64,000 nt of DNA from an uncultured Fibrobacteraceae bacterium (GCA_964384055.1 CAYLIV010000012.1:1635-65634), one strand, 5' to 3'. Counted from the first letter of the stretch, positions 18,750 to 30,067 are shown. The notes: generated from the letters alone by a model not told the origin. Made by a program: numbers and translations.

Positions 18750-20504
18750 ATGATCAAGGACGAACTGACAACAGCCAACTGCGGCATTCTCGACCACGTT
18801 CCCCTCGGTATGTGCGTGATCGGTCCGGATTTCACGGTTCGCTTCTGGAACCGTTGCCTCGAGAAATGGACCGGCATCAGCTATGGGGAAATCGTCGGTA
18901 CGGTGATTCTCGATCACTTTCCACATTTTGGCGAACCACACTATTTCTCGACGCTGGAGAGCCTGTTCCACGGCGGCCCGCCGGTCGTCTTCGCCTCGCA
19001 GCAGCACGGTATCCTCTTTCCGCCCAGGCACGCGGAGCAGGAGCCGCGGGTCCAGGTCACCACGGTCACGCCAATCCCCGATTCGGACGGCTACTCCTTC
19101 GCCGCGTTGATGGTCATCGAGGACGTGACCGAACTTACCAGCCGCATCGAGGCCTACAAGAAGATGCGCGACCAGGCGCGGATGGAGATCGAGCAACGCA
19201 AGCAGGCGGAACGGCAGCTCAAGGCGGCCAAGCAGGAGGCTGATTCGGCCAACGAGGCGAAATCGGTGTTCCTGGCCAGCATGTCCCACGAACTGCGTAC
19301 GCCGCTCAACAGCATGCTGCTGCTCTCGAAGCACCTGGCCGACAACAGGGACGGGAACCTAACGCAGCGGCAGATCGAGTCGGCGGAGACGATCAACAAG
19401 GCCGGTCATGACCTGCTCGACCTGATCAACGATATTCTCGACCTGTCGAAGGTCGAGGCCGGAAAGGTCGAGTTCGAGATCACCGCGGTCGATCTACGGG
19501 AGTTCACCGAGGACCTGGGGCGGACCTTGCGCCCCCTTGCCGTCCAGAAGGATCTCGAATTGAAGATCGAGATTGCTGAAGATGTACCGTCCAGCATTAT
19601 TTCGGACGGTCAGCGAGTGCATCAGATCGTCAAGAACCTCGTCGCCAACGCCATCAAGTTCACCGAAACAGGCAGCGTGACCGTCGGTGTCGAGCGACCG
19701 GTCCTTTCGGCCGAACCACCTGCCGGCGAGGCCTCGTCGCAGCCGCTGATCACAATTTCGGTGACCGACACGGGTATCGGGATTCCGCCAGGAAAACAGC
19801 ATTTGATCTTCGAACCGTTCAAGCAGGAGGACGAGACCACGTCCCGGAGATACGGCGGCACGGGACTGGGCCTGTCGATTTCCAGGAGCCTCGCCGAGGC
19901 CCTCGGCGGCAGCCTGTCCGTGACCAGCACGCCGCAGGTGGGCAGTACATTCACCCTCACGCTACCTGAGACCGCACCGGAAGCGCTGGGCCGAGCCGCC
20001 GAGCCGGCGGCCGTCGGCCAGGCAGCCGGGCCGCAGACCGGCCGGCACGACGAAACCACCGCCGGTCCGGTGGACGACCAGACTATGATTCTGGCTCAGG
20101 ACCAGGACGAGACGGTCTCCTTCGCGAACCAAAAGGTCTTGCTGGTCGATGACGACATGCGTAACAGCTTCATCCTGACCTCGATGCTCGAGGATCTGGA
20201 TGTGGACGTCAGCGTGGCGGCCAACGGGGCTGAAGGTCTGGAGCGACTTTACGCGGATCCCGAGATCGATCTGGTGCTGATGGACATCATGATGCCGGAG
20301 ATGAACGGCTACGAGGCCATGGCCGAGATCCGCCGGCGAGACGAGTACCGCGACCTGCCCGTCATCGCAATCACCGCGCTGGCCATGGCCGACGACCGCG
20401 AACGCTGCCTGGCCGCGGGCGCCACGGACTATCTCGCCAAGCCCTTCGAGTTCTCCGCGCTCTGTCGCCTGCTTCGGCAGAGATTGCCGGTCGGACAGCG
20501 TTAA
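18750..20504 (+). CDS. PAS-domain hybrid sensor histidine kinase with C-terminal receiver
   Basis: PAS-like N-terminus (FWNRCLEKWTG), MSHELRTPLN, NAIKFT, DTGIGI, GGTGLGL, REC domain (VDDD, MDIMMP, LAKP). Confidence 0.93.
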   Translation: MIKDELTTANCGILDHVPLGMCVIGPDFTVRFWNRCLEKWTGISYGEIVGTVILDHFPHFGEPHYFSTLESLFHGGPPVVFASQQHGILFPPRHAEQEPRVQVTTVTPIPDSDGYSFAALMVIEDVTELTSRIEAYKKMRDQARMEIEQRKQAERQLKAAKQEADSANEAKSVFLASMSHELRTPLNSMLLLSKHLADNRDGNLTQRQIESAETINKAGHDLLDLINDILDLSKVEAGKVEFEITAVDLREFTEDLGRTLRPLAVQKDLELKIEIAEDVPSSIISDGQRVHQIVKNLVANAIKFTETGSVTVGVERPVLSAEPPAGEASSQPLITISVTDTGIGIPPGKQHLIFEPFKQEDETTSRRYGGTGLGLSISRSLAEALGGSLSVTSTPQVGSTFTLTLPETAPEALGRAAEPAAVGQAAGPQTGRHDETTAGPVDDQTMILAQDQDETVSFANQKVLLVDDDMRNSFILTSMLEDLDVDVSVAANGAEGLERLYADPEIDLVLMDIMMPEMNGYEAMAEIRRRDEYRDLPVIAITALAMADDRERCLAAGATDYLAKPFEFSALCRLLRQRLPVGQR

Positions 20505-20569
20505 CGTCGCGCCCCGTGCAGTCCGGCGCTCCGCGCGCCGCGCCGCGAATCCAGTAAACAGATCGAATG

Positions 20570-22399
20570 TCAGATGGAAGGTGCAACCACGGTGGCGGCG
20601 TCCGTCGGCAGTTCGTCGATGATCCGCTTGAGCTGCCGAGTACGCAGCGGTTTCGTCAAGTAGGCGTCCATGCCCGCTTCACGGCAGCGCGCGCGGTCTG
20701 CCGCCATGGCGTGGGCCGTCAAGGCGACGATGGGAATCCGGTGGCCGGTAGCGGCTTCTTCGCTGCGGATGGCGGCCGTTGCCTGCAGGCCGTCCATCTC
20801 CGGCATCTGCACGTCCATGAGGATCAGGTCGAACGTACCGTCTCGCCAGGCCTGGACACCCTCTTTGCCGTTCTGGGCCAGCTCGACCGTATGGTCCCAT
20901 TTGCGTAGAATACTCATGACCAGTTTCTGATTGACGACGTTGTCCTCGACGACCAGAACCCGCAAACCACAATCGGCGGCGTCGTGGGCCGGGGACGCCG
21001 AATCGTGCCCGGTCGTCTTCGCCGGTGCCTGCGCGCTCGATGACAGCTGTGCTGTGAATTGGAAGGTCGAACCCTTGCCCTCCGTGCTCTCGGCCCAGAT
21101 GTATCCGCCCATCATCTGCACGAGTTGCGCGCTGATGGAAAGGCCGAGCCCGGTGCCGCCGTACCGGCGCGAGGTCGAACCGTCGGCCTGGGTGAAATCC
21201 TCGAAAATGGTCTGCAGCTTGCCCGCCGGAATTCCGATTCCCGTATCGCGGACGCTGCAGTTGAGCTCGACATCCTGGCCGCCGAGCGACGTACTCGACA
21301 TGGTGACGACTATCTCGCCCGCCGGTGTGAACTTGATGGCGTTGCCGACGAGATTGACCAGAACCTGTCGGATGCAGCGGGCATCGCCGAACAGGCGATC
21401 GGGCAGGGTGTCGGCGATCTCGCAGCGCACGGTCACGTTCTCGTCGTCGACCCGCAGGGCCAGGCCGGGCAGCATCTTCTCGACCAGCGTCCGTGGATCG
21501 AAATCTTCCTCGTGGAGTTCGAACTTGCCGGCCTCGATCTTGGACAGATCCAGGATGTCGTTGATCAAATCGAGCAGCGTCTCGCCCGAAAAATGCACCA
21601 GTTCCAGATGTTCGCGTTGGTTCCGTTTCAGATCGGTCTGCAGCACGAGTTCGGTCAATCCGATGATGCCGTTCATCGGCGTACGGATCTCGTGACTCAT
21701 ATTGGCCAGGAACTCGGTCTTGGCTCGGCTGGCTTTCTCGGCCTGCGTTCTGGCCGCCTCGAGCAACCGGGCCTGTCGCTTCAGCCGTTCCTTGGATACG
21801 ATCAGCTGGATGAACTGGTCTTTCTGGATCCTGGCCTGGACGATCATGTAGACCAGGCTTGTGCCCAGCAGGCCGGCCAGCGCGTAACCCTGGCTCCCAC
21901 CCTCGACCACGCAGGCGGCGATAGCCGGCGCCAGGACGGCCACGACGAGGGTGCGGGTAGTTCCCATGCTCGCACTCAGCGACGATGTGCCGCCCCCTAC
22001 CAGGGCGGAGACGATAACGAGAGCGAAATAGGATGTCCAGGCCACCCCGTAGGATAGTACGGACCAGCCGGCCACGATACCCATGGTCAGGGCAGACGTA
22101 CCGACCAGGACAGTAAACAGTCGGTGCCAGGCGAGCGGATTCTGTCGGTAGATCGATGCGATGCGCCGGCTGATGATCAGGCGCAAGACCCCCGATATCA
22201 GCAGTACGCCGCCCGCAATGGCCGTCCACCATGGGAAGTCGGGGTAGAAGGGTGTCAGTACGCAGAGTAGTGCGAAGAACGCGACATACACCAGACCGCC
22301 GCTTGCGCCTCGCTCGGCGAGGCTTCGGCAAGCCTGGCTGTGGATCACTTCCCGCGACGGAAGCCACTGATCGTGCTGGTCCGTGTCGTGATGTAACAC
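20570..22399 (-). CDS. Membrane-bound hybrid sensor histidine kinase with receiver
   Basis: N-terminal multi-TM sensor, [32 protein letters not shown] domain (VEDN, MDVQMP, LTKP). Confidence 0.93.
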   Translation of the reverse strand: MLHHDTDQHDQWLPSREVIHSQACRSLAERGASGGLVYVAFFALLCVLTPFYPDFPWWTAIAGGVLLISGVLRLIISRRIASIYRQNPLAWHRLFTVLVGTSALTMGIVAGWSVLSYGVAWTSYFALVIVSALVGGGTSSLSASMGTTRTLVVAVLAPAIAACVVEGGSQGYALAGLLGTSLVYMIVQARIQKDQFIQLIVSKERLKRQARLLEAARTQAEKASRAKTEFLANMSHEIRTPMNGIIGLTELVLQTDLKRNQREHLELVHFSGETLLDLINDILDLSKIEAGKFELHEEDFDPRTLVEKMLPGLALRVDDENVTVRCEIADTLPDRLFGDARCIRQVLVNLVGNAIKFTPAGEIVVTMSSTSLGGQDVELNCSVRDTGIGIPAGKLQTIFEDFTQADGSTSRRYGGTGLGLSISAQLVQMMGGYIWAESTEGKGSTFQFTAQLSSSAQAPAKTTGHDSASPAHDAADCGLRVLVVEDNVVNQKLVMSILRKWDHTVELAQNGKEGVQAWRDGTFDLILMDVQMPEMDGLQATAAIRSEEAATGHRIPIVALTAHAMAADRARCREAGMDAYLTKPLRTRQLKRIIDELPTDAATVVAPSI

Positions 22400-22627
22400 T
22401 TAGTCGCCCAGTTTCGTGCGATGTATTTGATTCGGCAGGAATTCGTCGCGATTAACCGATTTTCTGCGGCAATTCGTTGGTGGAGAATCGCGGCCGCCGC
22501 CGGCAGGCATCTCCGAGGCAGTCGCGCATGCAAAGTGAGTGTAGATATACTTTCCGGGCAAACGTATGCTACGGGTGTATGCGCAGAAGCCAATCGTGGA
22601 TCAGCAGCTACGAACACGGCAGGCCGC

Positions 22628-23836
22628 ATGTCCATGGACGACACCTGGGTCGAAAACATGGGAGATCTGCCCGCCTTGCCGGCGGTAGTGCAGAGACTCC
22701 TGGCTACCATGTCGGACGAGATGTGTTCGGCGGAAAACATCACCGCGGTCATATCGGCGGACCAGGCGCTGGCGAGTCAGGTGCTCAAGCTCGTCAATGC
22801 GCCCTCGCGGGGCGTACCGGAACAGATCGTCGAGGTCTCACGGGCGGTCGTGCTGCTCGGCTTCGCCGAGATTCGTTCTCTGGCCCTCAGTCTGGGCGTG
22901 GTCGATTCATTCAAAGCAGTGGGCGAGGACCTCGATCTCAGCCGTTTCTGGGAACATGCGGCGACCGTCGCTTCGGGCGCCAAGGTTCTGGCGCAACGAA
23001 TACGATACGGCAATCCCGAAGAAGCCTTTATCGCCGGTCTGTTGCACGACGTCGGCCAGCTCGTGTTGGCGGTCCGGATGCCCGACAACTATGCCCAGGT
23101 CAGCGCGTCGAGCCCGCTGGAACGCGTCGAGAACGAGCGCAAACTGCTGGGCATCACGCATCCGCGCGCCGGCCGGAAGTTGATGACTCACTGGAACTTG
23201 CCCAAACCTCTGTGCGAGGTGGTGCGCAACCACCACAACGAACGGGCATGGCTGGAAGCGGATGCGACGCTGCTGGGGCTGGTGGCACTGGCAGACACCC
23301 TCGCGCGTATTCTGGGACAGAGCGACGAGCAACCCACCGACGAGCGCACCGTGCTGCGGCTGGCCAAAAATCTCGACCTGGATCTGGGCCAGATCAAGGA
23401 GATCCTCGCGAAAACTTCCCTGGGCGTCGACGAGATGCGCATCTTTCTCGATATCGACAACAATCTCGGCTGGCAACTCGATCGCCCCGATCGGCGACCG
23501 CGGAAGCTGCGCGCCGTCATCATCTGTTCGCAGCCCCAGCGCCACCAGTGGATCGACCAACTGCTGACCTTCCACCGGAATGACGTCGTTCCCATGGAGG
23601 AGTTCTTCGCCCGGATCGGCGAGGCCGACCCCGTCGACCTGATCGTGCTCGATCCGCGCAGCATCACCCGCGATCAGATGGTGCGCCTCCGGCCGCTTCT
23701 GAAACCGGTTCTCGACAAGATGGTGGTGTATGGCGACCAGGGAATGCCCACTGTGAGCGGCGTCTGGGGTCGCCGGTTCCCGGTGTTGAAAACGGTGTTC
23801 AACCAGGCGGATTTGCTGGCCCTGAGCGGCCGCTGA
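22628..23836 (+). CDS. HDOD-domain protein with C-terminal receiver-like domain
   Basis: LPALPAVV, ISADQALASQVLKLVNA, AVVLLG, FWEHA, GLLHDVG, H...G..L..HWNLP. Confidence 0.88.
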   Translation: MSMDDTWVENMGDLPALPAVVQRLLATMSDEMCSAENITAVISADQALASQVLKLVNAPSRGVPEQIVEVSRAVVLLGFAEIRSLALSLGVVDSFKAVGEDLDLSRFWEHAATVASGAKVLAQRIRYGNPEEAFIAGLLHDVGQLVLAVRMPDNYAQVSASSPLERVENERKLLGITHPRAGRKLMTHWNLPKPLCEVVRNHHNERAWLEADATLLGLVALADTLARILGQSDEQPTDERTVLRLAKNLDLDLGQIKEILAKTSLGVDEMRIFLDIDNNLGWQLDRPDRRPRKLRAVIICSQPQRHQWIDQLLTFHRNDVVPMEEFFARIGEADPVDLIVLDPRSITRDQMVRLRPLLKPVLDKMVVYGDQGMPTVSGVWGRRFPVLKTVFNQADLLALSGR

Positions 23837-23989
23837 GCTCATCACGGATACACGTTCGGGTGCCGGCACCGGATCTCGGCGCTGCGACATCGCTGCCCGG
23901 TGGGGGATCGATTTGCGCTGCGATCACGGCCAAATGCGCTATATAGTGCGATTATATGAAATAATATGCAGTATTCTCCAGGTGCCCCC

Positions 23990-24019
23990 TTGCCAGCAAA
24001 TGAGGATTTATTTTATAAT
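23990..24019 (+). promoter_or_regulatory. Putative sigma70 promoter in AT-rich region upstream of the cohesin cluster
   Basis: TTGCCA-N18-TATAAT. Confidence 0.45.
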
Positions 24020-24266
24020 TATATACTTGCTTGTAACAAGTGACATCGTTGCAGTCATTCGACACTATACGTTGTGGTACTGAACGTATGTTCATTGTTC
24101 CGTGGGATAGGAGTCGGTGGTACGGGGTCAGCGTTCGTGGGGCGAGTCGTGGATGCGACTGCCCGTGCGGAGGTTGATCGACTGATTTGGCCAGTCGTTT
24201 CTTGAACGGGATCGGGCTCGCGCGCAGCGTGAGTGAACGATCCTTACCGTCTCCTGGGGGGCACCG

Positions 24267-26870
24267 ATGATCGCCGCCGGGATCAACGCTCGCCGATCGT
24301 ACTGGTCGGTCGTACTGATGCTATTCGCATTGACGATCGCCGGCCGTGATGCGCTTGCCGATCGCGACGGCGGCAATGTCGTGTGCGTCCCCGACACGCT
24401 CCAGATCACCACGGACGACGATATCGGCGGCGGCGTCTACGCCGACGACATGGTGGTCAGTTATCTCGGCGGCGGTTCCGCGGACCTGTGGGGCTTTTCG
24501 GTCGTCTTTACCTGGGATCCGACCATCGTCTCGGTCGCCATCAATCCGCCGGCGAGCGGCGCCTTCGCCAATCTTGCCGACGAAGGCTTCTTCGTTCCCC
24601 TGATCGACAACGTGGCCGGCTCCGCGTCGGTCAATTGCGCCATCGGCGGTACTCTGCCGGGTACCGCGGCGGACGATCTGTTCATCGTCACCTTCACGGC
24701 CGTCGCCTCGGCGGTCGACGCGTACACACCGGTCGTCTTCGGTACCTGTCTGTACCGCGACGCCGACAACGAAGACCTGAGCGGCATGGTCGAAAACGAC
24801 GGGCTGCTACACGTGTTTCTCCCGCCCGACGCCGGTGTCGCCTGCGTGCCGCTCAATCTGGAGATCAGCCTGGCCGACCACATCGGCGGCGGTGTCTACG
24901 CGGATGACCTGGTTGTCAGCTATCTCGGGGGTGGTTCGGCGAACCTCTGGGGGTACTCGGTTGCCTTTACCTGGGATCCGGCGCTCCTGTCGGTCGCGGT
25001 CTCGCAGCCCGCGAGCGGGGCCTTCGCCAATCTGGCCGAAAACGGGTTCTTCATCCCGACGGTCGACAACGGCAGCGGATCGGCTTCGGTCGATTGCGCC
25101 ATCGGCGGCACCTTGCCCGGCACTCCGGCCGACGACCTGTTCGTCATCACCTGCACGGCCCTCGGGACGCCCGCCTACGCGACGACGCCGGTCGCCTTCG
25201 GCGCCTGCGTGTATCGGGATTCCACCAACGCGGATATTCTCGGTATCGACGAGACCGACGGCACGGTGGTCGTCGATCTCGTGGCGCCGGTGGTCTCGGC
25301 GGTCGCCATGGTCAACAACACCCTGGCGCACACCGACGATTATCTGAAAAACGGCGACGAGCTCACCATCACCGCGACGGTCACCGATGCCCACCCGTTG
25401 TTCGCCCGTGACAGCATCACGGCCGATCTCAGTGGACTGGGCGGCAGCACGCAGGCGAATCCGGGCACGTACGATGGTCTGACCGCTACCTGGGTCGCGG
25501 ACGTGGGCAGCACCAGCCCGGCCGACGGCGTGGTCAGCGTTCCGGTGCTGGCGACCGATCCGCTCGGCAATAGCGGCAGCGACAGCGGCACCATCACCGC
25601 CGACAACACGCCGCCGGTCCCGCTGACCGGACTGGTCGCCACGCCCGGCCACCGCAACGTCGATCTCGTCTGGGACGATCCTGCCGGCGCCGACCTCAAC
25701 TACTACGGCGTGGCGGTGCGGTACCGGACGTGGGGCGACTATCCGGAATACGCCACGGCCGCGCCGGCATACCCTGCCGATCACACCGCGGGCCTGCTGG
25801 CGCTGACGGCGGCGGGCACCGGCGCCAGTCACTCCTTCGCCGGCGACGACCGCGATGTCTACTTCTACGCCGGTTTCATCTACGATCTGGCGCTGAACTA
25901 CAGCCCGACCGAGGGCGGCGGAGCCAACGAGGACCGGGCGACGAACTACTGGCTCGGCGACGTCAGCGACGGCACCTATGGCTTCTACGACGGCTACCTC
26001 GACATCGCCGATGTGACCGCGCTCGGCAGCAGCTATGGCCTCAACGACGGCGAACCGGGCTACAAGAACGAATGTGACGTGGGTCCGACCCACAACGGTA
26101 GCGCCTTCGGCGTGCCCGAGCCCGACGATCTGGTGAAGTTCGAGGACCTGATGATCTTCGCCATGAACTACACCGTGATCACGCCGCAGAAGAGCCCGCT
26201 CGCCGCCGGCGAACCGGCCCTGGCCTGGCGCCGGATCGGCGATCGCTCCTGGGTTCTCGAACTGCTCCTACCGGAAGGCGGACAGCAGGTCAGCAACCTC
26301 AAGGGCCTGAGTCTGTCGGCCCCGCTGCCGCCCGGCACGAGCGTGAGCGTCGAAGGCGGGGCGTTGCTCGGCCGCCAGCCGACGCCGGTGTTCCTGAAAA
26401 ACGTGGCGGCCAACGGGCTGGACCTCGGGCTGGCGATATTAGGCAGCGACGTGGGCTTCGCGGGCAGTGGCGAGCTGTGTGTGGTCGTCACGAGCGACGT
26501 CATCGATCTGAGCCGGGTCAGTATTCGTGCCCGAGGCGTGGACAACGTCGAATACAGCCGGGTAACGGAGCCGGTGGCCGCCGATCTGCCCAAGGCCTAC
26601 GTGCTGGAGCAGAACTTCCCGAATCCGTTCAATCCGCAGACGACCATCCGCTTCGGTCTGCCCGCGGCGCAGGAGGTCAGCGTGGCGGTTTACGGCGTCG
26701 ACGGCAGCCGGGTCCGAAAGCTGCTCGCCGGTTCGCTTGACCCGGGCTATCACGAAGTCAGCTGGGATGGCCGCAATGACCGCGGGGCGACGGTCGCCTC
26801 CGGAATGTACTTCTGCAAGATCGTCGCCGGACAGTTCAGCGATGTACGTAAGATGGTCCTGGCGAGGTAA
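24267..26870 (+). CDS. Secreted modular protein: two cohesin-like domains, Ig/FN3-like domains, dockerin-like domain, FlgD-Ig CTD
   Basis: Signal peptide; tandem repeat with GFSVVFTWDP...DLF..TF; NYWLGDV..DGYLDIAD and DVGPT...DDLVKFEDL Ca-loop-like segments; PNPFNPQTT CTD. Confidence 0.75.
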   Translation: MIAAGINARRSYWSVVLMLFALTIAGRDALADRDGGNVVCVPDTLQITTDDDIGGGVYADDMVVSYLGGGSADLWGFSVVFTWDPTIVSVAINPPASGAFANLADEGFFVPLIDNVAGSASVNCAIGGTLPGTAADDLFIVTFTAVASAVDAYTPVVFGTCLYRDADNEDLSGMVENDGLLHVFLPPDAGVACVPLNLEISLADHIGGGVYADDLVVSYLGGGSANLWGYSVAFTWDPALLSVAVSQPASGAFANLAENGFFIPTVDNGSGSASVDCAIGGTLPGTPADDLFVITCTALGTPAYATTPVAFGACVYRDSTNADILGIDETDGTVVVDLVAPVVSAVAMVNNTLAHTDDYLKNGDELTITATVTDAHPLFARDSITADLSGLGGSTQANPGTYDGLTATWVADVGSTSPADGVVSVPVLATDPLGNSGSDSGTITADNTPPVPLTGLVATPGHRNVDLVWDDPAGADLNYYGVAVRYRTWGDYPEYATAAPAYPADHTAGLLALTAAGTGASHSFAGDDRDVYFYAGFIYDLALNYSPTEGGGANEDRATNYWLGDVSDGTYGFYDGYLDIADVTALGSSYGLNDGEPGYKNECDVGPTHNGSAFGVPEPDDLVKFEDLMIFAMNYTVITPQKSPLAAGEPALAWRRIGDRSWVLELLLPEGGQQVSNLKGLSLSAPLPPGTSVSVEGGALLGRQPTPVFLKNVAANGLDLGLAILGSDVGFAGSGELCVVVTSDVIDLSRVSIRARGVDNVEYSRVTEPVAADLPKAYVLEQNFPNPFNPQTTIRFGLPAAQEVSVAVYGVDGSRVRKLLAGSLDPGYHEVSWDGRNDRGATVASGMYFCKIVAGQFSDVRKMVLAR
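24378..25280 (+). repeat. Intragenic tandem duplication of a cohesin-like domain (period 459 bp, 153 aa)
   Basis: IGGGVYADD.VVSYLGGGSA.LWG.SV.FTWDP...PASGAFANLA..GFF.P..DN...CAIGGTLPGT.ADDLF occurs twice, starting at 24378 and 24837. Confidence 0.9.
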
Positions 26871-26893
26871 ACAGACAGACAGATGGCAGCCGG

Positions 26894-29800
26894 GTGGGAG
26901 CCGGCGCCGCATCAATCGCGAAGGGACGTTTCGTGCCGAGTCGATCGGGATTACTGGCGCTCATGCTGCTGACGAGCTGGCTGCTCGTCGTGCTGCCGTG
27001 CGCCGGCCGGGCCGCCACGTTGCTGGTGCCGACCGAGTACCCGACGATCCAGGACGCCGTCACGGCTGCGTCCGCGGGTGACAGCGTGTCGGTCGCCGCC
27101 GGCACCTACGAAGAGCAGGTCTGGATCACGCAGAACATCACCGTTCTCGGCGCCGGCAGTGACCAGACCATCGTGCGCAGTCCATTGACGCTCGGCCACA
27201 CCTTCGATGTCGACCACAAGGCAGTGGTATTCGTGGAGAATGCCGATGCGGTGACCCTGGTCGATCTGGGCATCGACGGCGCCGATCGGGCCACCGCCGC
27301 CTTCGTCCAGGTCGGTATCGGTTTTCTCGACGGGGGCGGTGTCGTCACCCGCTGTGAGATCGCCAATCTGCGTGAGGCGGTCATGAGCGACACGCAGACC
27401 GGTCTGGGCATCTACGCCTACAACGCCGGTGGCGCGCCACGCACGATCGCGGTCGACGAAGTGGACATCCACCACTACCAGAAATCCGGGGCGGTCTTCC
27501 GGGGCGCGGCGCTGACCGTGGCGCTGGACGAGGCGACCGTTACACCCGGCGAGATCAGCCCGGCGGTGCAGAACGGCATCGAGATACTCACCGCAGCAAG
27601 CGCCATCATCACCGGCGGGTCGGTCACGGACCACCGCTACGAGGAGATGGTGCTCGCCGAGACCTCCGTCGGGATTCTCGTCTCCTTGGCCACCTCTTGC
27701 GATATCACGGGCGTGAGCATCACCGGCAACCAGTCCGGTGTTTATCTGCACGAGACCGCAGGCACGCTCGAGGCGTGTTCGATCGTGGGCTGGGACGACG
27801 CCCTGGCCGAGCACGGCGTCGTGGTCGGGACCATCGACGGCCGGGCGCAGCCGCCGCTGGGAATCGCGGTACCGTTGCCGGCGGTGGTCGTTGAGGGAGA
27901 GGACGCCGAGAAGGGGACCAGAGATCCGTGGACGAGCTTCCAGATGACCGGCTGTACCCTGACGGGGTACCAGCAGCTCGCTACGGCCGGTCTCGTGGTC
28001 AATGTCGTGGACCAGCCCGATCCGGTTGTCGTCGACCTGGTCGAATGCCGATTCACCGCCTGGGATTACGGTGTCCAGCTCTGGAACACCAATTCCACCG
28101 TCGAGGCGACGGTTCACCTCGGGCATCTTGCCGATAACCTGAGCTATGGCCTGTTCTCCGACTCGCTACAGCCGGTCGACGCCCGCAATTGCTGGTGGCA
28201 GGCGACTGACGGCCCGGCCGGCGTCGGCCCCGGCTCCGGCGATGCGGTCAGCGCGAACGTGCTGTTCGATCCCTGGCTCGGCGGTCCGGTCGGATTGAGC
28301 ATCTACCCCGGTAACGGTGGGCTCATCAACTGCTACCGCTCGGTAACCTTGACCTTCCACTACGTTCCCGGCGCTTCCGCTGAACCCATGCGCGGATTCG
28401 AGATCTATGTGGATACCGGCAGCGAACTGGATTTCTCGGCGGCGGACGTGACCGACAGCGGCGAGCTCGGCGCCATCGGCGACCACTTCTTCGAGGCCCT
28501 CGACGAGGTGGATGGCTCGGTTTCGGTCACCGACGTGCTGCTGGGACCGACCCCGGGGCTGACCGCGGAAGCGGATCTGTTCACCATCACCTTCCACGGC
28601 GCGGACACGGGGACGGCAACCGTGGGCATCACCGCCTACGATCTGCGCGATTTGGCAAACCAGGGCATCGGCGTCGCCGGCGTTTACGACGCGTCGATCG
28701 AGGTGGACTGCCTGGCACCCACCGCCGTCGACGGTATCATCGCCGAACCGGGGCACCAGCAGGTGGTGCTGACCTGGAACGGCTCGCCGTCGGCCGATCT
28801 GCTTGAATACGAGATCTGGCGCGGTATGTGGTACGACACGACGCCCGGCGATTCAGCCTATCCGGAGTACAACAACCTGCCCGGTAATACCCTGCCCACC
28901 CGGCCACCGAGTCGGTTCAGCGCGTTGCTCAGCGACGAGTGGGAGCTGGCCGGCGTCGTACCGGCCGACTCGCTGTCGTTCGTCGATACCGGCGACACCA
29001 CGCGCGGTGTGTACTACTACGAGGTCTACGCCCGCGATATCGCGTTCAATTTCAGCCAGTACGCGATGGAGAACAGCGGCGCCACCAACTACTGGCTGGG
29101 TGACTTCACCTGGGACGGCTATGTCGACAACGCCGACATGTCCTTCCTCGGCTCGACCTTCACCACGGCCATCGGCGATGCGGACTACAAGGCCCAGGCC
29201 AACGTGGGGCCCACCGACGGCTCCACGTCAACCGACATTCCCCATCCCAACAACGTGGTCTATTTCGAAGACCTGACCATTGCCGCCGTCAACTTCGACA
29301 TGATCGGCGGCGGCAAGCTGGACGACGGGAGCGGGCATGACCACCTGCCCGTGCCCCTGGCCTGGGAGGAAATCGACGCCGGTGTCTGGTCGTTGCTGCT
29401 ACGCGAGGCCTGTCCGCATTTGCAGGCGCTGCACCTGCAGGCCGAACTGCCCGACGACGTCGTAGCTACCGTACAGCCCGGTCAGATGCTCGCCGCCTTG
29501 CCCGATCCGTTCTTCCTGCATCCGGGTACGCCGCGGAACCTGGACATCTGCCTGGCGATCCTGGGCCGCAACCGGGGCTTCGGGCAAGCGGGCGAGATCG
29601 TGCGGATCACCCTGTCCGCGATGCAGCACAGCGGTGGCGAGGCCGCGGCGTTCTGGCAGTCTCTGGGTCTGGAACTGGACCTGGTTTCGAATACCCTGGC
29701 CGATCTGGAATACTCGTTGACCCAACAGAATCCCGACCGACCGCCCAGTGTCGCCGTGCTCTACCAGAACGTTCCCAATCCCTTCAATCCGCGGACGACC

Positions 29801-30025
29801 ATTCGCTTCAGCCTGCCGCGAGCACAGGAAATCGACCTGGCCCTGTTCCGGCTCGACGGGCGGCTGGCGGTCCGTCTGGTCGAGGGGCTGACTCCGGCGG
29901 GGACGCACGAGGTGGTCTGGGACGGCAACGACGCAACGGGACGGCCGGAGGCGTCCGGCATGTACATGTGTCGGTTGGTGACCGAAACCGACACGCGTGT
30001 ACGCAAGATGATACTGGCACGATAA
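26894..30025 (+). CDS. Secreted modular protein: beta-helix (pectin-lyase-like), cohesin-like, FN3-like, dockerin-like, FlgD-Ig CTD
   Basis: VPTEYPTIQDAV...GTYEEQV beta-helix start; cohesin-like MRGF...ADLFTITF; NYWLGDF..DGYVDNAD...VGPTD...FEDL; PNPFNPRTT CTD. Confidence 0.72.
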   Translation: MGAGAASIAKGRFVPSRSGLLALMLLTSWLLVVLPCAGRAATLLVPTEYPTIQDAVTAASAGDSVSVAAGTYEEQVWITQNITVLGAGSDQTIVRSPLTLGHTFDVDHKAVVFVENADAVTLVDLGIDGADRATAAFVQVGIGFLDGGGVVTRCEIANLREAVMSDTQTGLGIYAYNAGGAPRTIAVDEVDIHHYQKSGAVFRGAALTVALDEATVTPGEISPAVQNGIEILTAASAIITGGSVTDHRYEEMVLAETSVGILVSLATSCDITGVSITGNQSGVYLHETAGTLEACSIVGWDDALAEHGVVVGTIDGRAQPPLGIAVPLPAVVVEGEDAEKGTRDPWTSFQMTGCTLTGYQQLATAGLVVNVVDQPDPVVVDLVECRFTAWDYGVQLWNTNSTVEATVHLGHLADNLSYGLFSDSLQPVDARNCWWQATDGPAGVGPGSGDAVSANVLFDPWLGGPVGLSIYPGNGGLINCYRSVTLTFHYVPGASAEPMRGFEIYVDTGSELDFSAADVTDSGELGAIGDHFFEALDEVDGSVSVTDVLLGPTPGLTAEADLFTITFHGADTGTATVGITAYDLRDLANQGIGVAGVYDASIEVDCLAPTAVDGIIAEPGHQQVVLTWNGSPSADLLEYEIWRGMWYDTTPGDSAYPEYNNLPGNTLPTRPPSRFSALLSDEWELAGVVPADSLSFVDTGDTTRGVYYYEVYARDIAFNFSQYAMENSGATNYWLGDFTWDGYVDNADMSFLGSTFTTAIGDADYKAQANVGPTDGSTSTDIPHPNNVVYFEDLTIAAVNFDMIGGGKLDDGSGHDHLPVPLAWEEIDAGVWSLLLREACPHLQALHLQAELPDDVVATVQPGQMLAALPDPFFLHPGTPRNLDICLAILGRNRGFGQAGEIVRITLSAMQHSGGEAAAFWQSLGLELDLVSNTLADLEYSLTQQNPDRPPSVAVLYQNVPNPFNPRTTIRFSLPRAQEIDLALFRLDGRLAVRLVEGLTPAGTHEVVWDGNDATGRPEASGMYMCRLVTETDTRVRKMILAR

Positions 30026-30067
30026 CACGAGCCCGCTGAACCGGGCCGGATCAGGAGACGAAACACC

